DNA of 64,000 nt. Source: Octopus sinensis. Lineage: Eukaryota. The stretch spans positions 156,054,001 to 156,118,000 of the forward strand of contig NC_042997.1 in NCBI RefSeq assembly GCF_006345805.1. The letters run 5' to 3'. Under the pieces are notes generated by a model, which was not told the DNA's origin, ran no database searches, and worked only from the letters and a program-made list of their open reading frames with translations. Shown here one piece after another: positions 60,975 to 64,000 of this stretch. Every line of letters begins with the position of its first letter. Positions within the stretch are counted from its first letter, which is position 1. The translations under genes and the position numbers were made by a program.

Positions 60975-61620
60975 TCTCTGGCTGTTTCTACTCCATATCC
61001 TATCTTTTGGATTCTGGCTCAAAGTGATGGGCCCAATTCTCACATCCAGTAACTATTCTCTCTAAAAGAGCTTTGCCTACATCATTGTAATGGTTGAGTA
61101 AGTGCTGATGGATCTTGACATGATTGCACTTATGTACTTCACTAAGCTCTCTTGGCAGAACCATGACTAATTTGCAGAAAGTATGCCACTTCATCAATGG
61201 TTATTCATCGGTTCACCAGAATCATCTCTCAAGCTTGTTGAATCTTCATGTCAGTGGTGGAGGTTGACGGGTGTCTTGCTCTCTCTTCATGCTTAACACT
61301 TGTCCAGCCATTTTAAAGTTCAATCCACACATACATACTTCTACATGGTAGAGCACTATTTCCATATTGTACTGAAAACCTGCAATGAATTTCAGCCTGA
61401 CACACCTTCAGACCAGAGAAATTGGATCACTGGTTTCTGTTCTTTGGTGTACACTACCAGTAGAGTGGCCATGTTTATTCTGTAACACAAATATGAAAGC
61501 CGATGCAACCAAGATCAAGCCTCAGTTATGCAACCTTTTAGCACACAAGCACTGAAGGCAGTGCAATGAACCTAAAGCAAGTTTTGGCAAAAGTGCAAAT
61601 AAATTTTGATTTCCTCTTGT
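60975..61620 (-). pseudogene. Mariner transposase remnant (5' half)
   Basis: PRELSEVHK..HLLNHY..LERIVTGCENWAHHFEPESKR resembles mariner WVPREL..IVTGDETWIHHYEPESKRQS; TIR-like end near 61620. Confidence 0.8.
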
Positions 61621-61945
61621 GTTATATATTTAGACATGGTTTATATTTCATTATAAATACACTTTCTTTATTCATTATCTGTATTTAATCAATTGTATTG
61701 TCAACAGATTTGTACACTGGGGAAACTTGGTATTTCCAAAATTTATTTGTTGCACATAAAATTCATTTTTAGTGGAGTTGTGATTTAATGTTGAAGATGT
61801 TATGACAAGTTGAAAAAAGAAATGTCTACAACAAAATTTTTATAACACTGAATAGTAATGTACATAGTTTATATTAGTGATATGTATTTTTATAAATAGA
61901 CATGTGTGAAATAAAGGATAGTTGGATAAGAGAGAGAATTGAAAG

Positions 61946-62049
61946 ATGTCTTATAAAAGTGGGCCAAATATTATGCAACTGCTGGGCGCAAATAAGAACA
62001 TCTTGAAAGAGAACCGAAATCCTGGGTTCACAGAAGCTTACTTAAAGCT
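61946..62049 (+). CDS. Speculative first coding exon (MSYKSGPNIMQLLGANKNILKENRNPGFTEAYLK)
   Basis: ATG after an in-frame stop, open frame to a GTGAGA donor in phase with the next candidate exon. Confidence 0.3.
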
Positions 62050-62179
62050 GTGAGAAAATTTTTTCACATTTAGGTGTGAAAAGTAAATGTTTCTTTTTTG
62101 CCTGTCAACATCTATGAAAACTGACACCAAATTACATTTGGTTACAAAACATGTCAGTTGGTGTTTTGATAATGTTTAG

Positions 62180-62236
62180 GGCTACATTGCAGCAAGCTCT
62201 GCTCAACATTACTAAATATGGCAATGTTAATCGAAA
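62180..62236 (+). CDS. Speculative second exon (ATLQQALLNITKYGNVNR)
   Basis: GTTTAG acceptor, AA|GTGAAT donor, phase 2-2. Confidence 0.28.
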
Positions 62237-62439
62237 GTGAATTTAATTTCAAACCTAAATGTTTTAAGTCCAAATCTTAGGTAGCTATCTGCTACATGTT
62301 GATAGGTACTTGTCTTGTACTGAGACCTTTTATTTGTTGATAAGCAGTAATTCTTTTCCTTTATTGTGTTTAACTTTCATTTAGACCCTTTCTCATTTCT
62401 GTCTATACCACAATTAATAATCGTTAACATTAAAAAGCA

Positions 62440-63830
62440 CCATTGACAAAGTATTTGGCTAAGAATAAACCATTGTGCTTGGTGTTTGTTGACTTGGAGA
62501 AAGCTGTTGACAGAGCACCCTGCTGTGTGATATGATGGGCTCTAAGGAAACTAAGGGTAGCTGAGTACCTTGTGAAAGCTGTCCAGGCCATGTACAGAGT
62601 TGAGAGTTAACCACGAGAATAATGATGAATTTAATGTGCAAGTTCATTAGGATTTGGTTCTCAGGCTTCTATTCATCATCAGCCTCCAAACCATAACAGA
62701 GGAATTTAAGACTGACTGCCCATGGGAACTTCTATATACTGATGATCTTGTTCTCATAGCAGATTCTGTAACAGAACTATAAAACAAATTCCAGGTGTGG
62801 AAGCAAAACCTAGGGTCAAAGGGTCTTAAGATTAACTTAGCAAAGACTAATATTTTAGTAAGCAAAAAATTGGACAGGACCCTGCTTCCATTAGGTAAAT
62901 GGCCCCACTCAATACATAAGAAAGGTGTAAGTGAGAATTCCACATGGTGTACCCAGTGGAAGCTATGGAAACACGAAAAATACAGTGGCATGATAGGAAG
63001 GTTATCAGAGAAAGTAGTGTTTGTATGTGGAAGATGCACAGGAACCATAAAAACTACAGATAGGTAGGAAATTGATTTTCTCAAATACCCTGGCAGCTCT
63101 TTAGAGGTAGTGGATAATTTCTGTTACCTAGGGGATCTAATTAGCAGTGGAGGAGAATGTACAGAAAGTGTAATTGCTAGAATAAGACCGAAATGGAGAC
63201 AATTCAGAGAGCTTTTACTTCTGATGGCAACTAAAGTCTCTCTCTCTCTCTCTCTCTAAGTGAAAGGAAGATTGTATGATGCATGTGTACAAACAGTAAT
63301 ACTACACGGTAGTGAGACATGGGCCCTGAATGCAGATAACATGCAAAAACTAGAGAGGAATGAAGCTGGTATGCTTTGGTAGATGTGCACATGTGTGATA
63401 GAGTGCTAGCATGTTGAGAGAAAAGTTAGACATAAAAGGAATTAGATTCAATGTGTAAGAGAGCAGACTGTGCTGCTTTGGTCATGTGATGCATATGGAT
63501 GTAGACAGTTGTGTACAGAAGTGCTGATCACTTAAAGTGGATGGAACTCATAGAAGAGGGAGACCCATGAAGATATCATCATCATCATCATCATCGTTTA
63601 ACGTCCGCTTTCCATGCTAGCATGGGTTGGATGATTTGACTGAGGTCTGGTGAACCAGATGGCTGCACTAGGCTCCAATCTGATCTGGCAGAGTTTCTAC
63701 AGTTGGATGCCCTTCCTAATACCAACAACTCCAAGAGTGTAGTGGGTGCTTTTATGTGCCACCGGCATGAGGGCGAAGACATAGGATAAATTACTGAAGA
63801 CACTGAGCCTTATGAAGGAAATGACAAAGG
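62440..63830 (+). pseudogene. Old RTE RT remnant interrupted by an antisense RTE tail (63577-63780)
   Basis: FVDLEKAVD, LYTDDL, KINLAKT and PHD-like remnants with stops. Confidence 0.85.
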
Positions 63831-64000
63831 ACCAAAATATCTGACACATTACTGTATTCAAAAAGACTCACCCACCACGGCAGAATTGATACTGGTACTG
63901 GTGCCATGTAAAAAGTACTAATGCTGATGTCATGTAAAAAGCACCCAGTATACTCCATGAAGTGGTTGATATTAGGAAGGGCATCTAGCCATAGAAATCA

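Overview
AT-rich, repeat-saturated animal DNA. The SINE and LINE families (OK/OR-type tRNA SINEs, RTE LINEs with (GAT)n tails) point to an octopus genome; this is inferred from recalled repeat consensus sequences, not from a search. No host protein-coding gene could be firmly identified, only a few speculative exons and a CpG-rich promoter-like patch at about 8.9-9.6 kb. Recognisable content: two young, near-complete RTE LINEs in inverted orientation (9.6-13.6 kb + and 53.3-58.2 kb -) with a PHD-like finger inside the RT; several older RTE remnants; a fragmented hAT/Buster transposase fossil; a mariner remnant; a non-autonomous Helitron; Gypsy-type LTRs; MITEs; many SINEs and microsatellites. 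The most striking content is three unrelated hammerhead-ribozyme (HHR) elements of Penelope-like (PLE) type. Each has an inverted, tail-to-tail architecture and sits in (TA)n. They are a truncated Naiad-like PLE with a divergent GIY-YIG endonuclease (34.9-37.6 kb), a non-coding ~560-bp tandem retrozyme-like element (38.3-39.6 kb), and a short inverted pLTR element with a textbook type I HHR (52.6-53.3 kb). All folds and alignments were done by eye.
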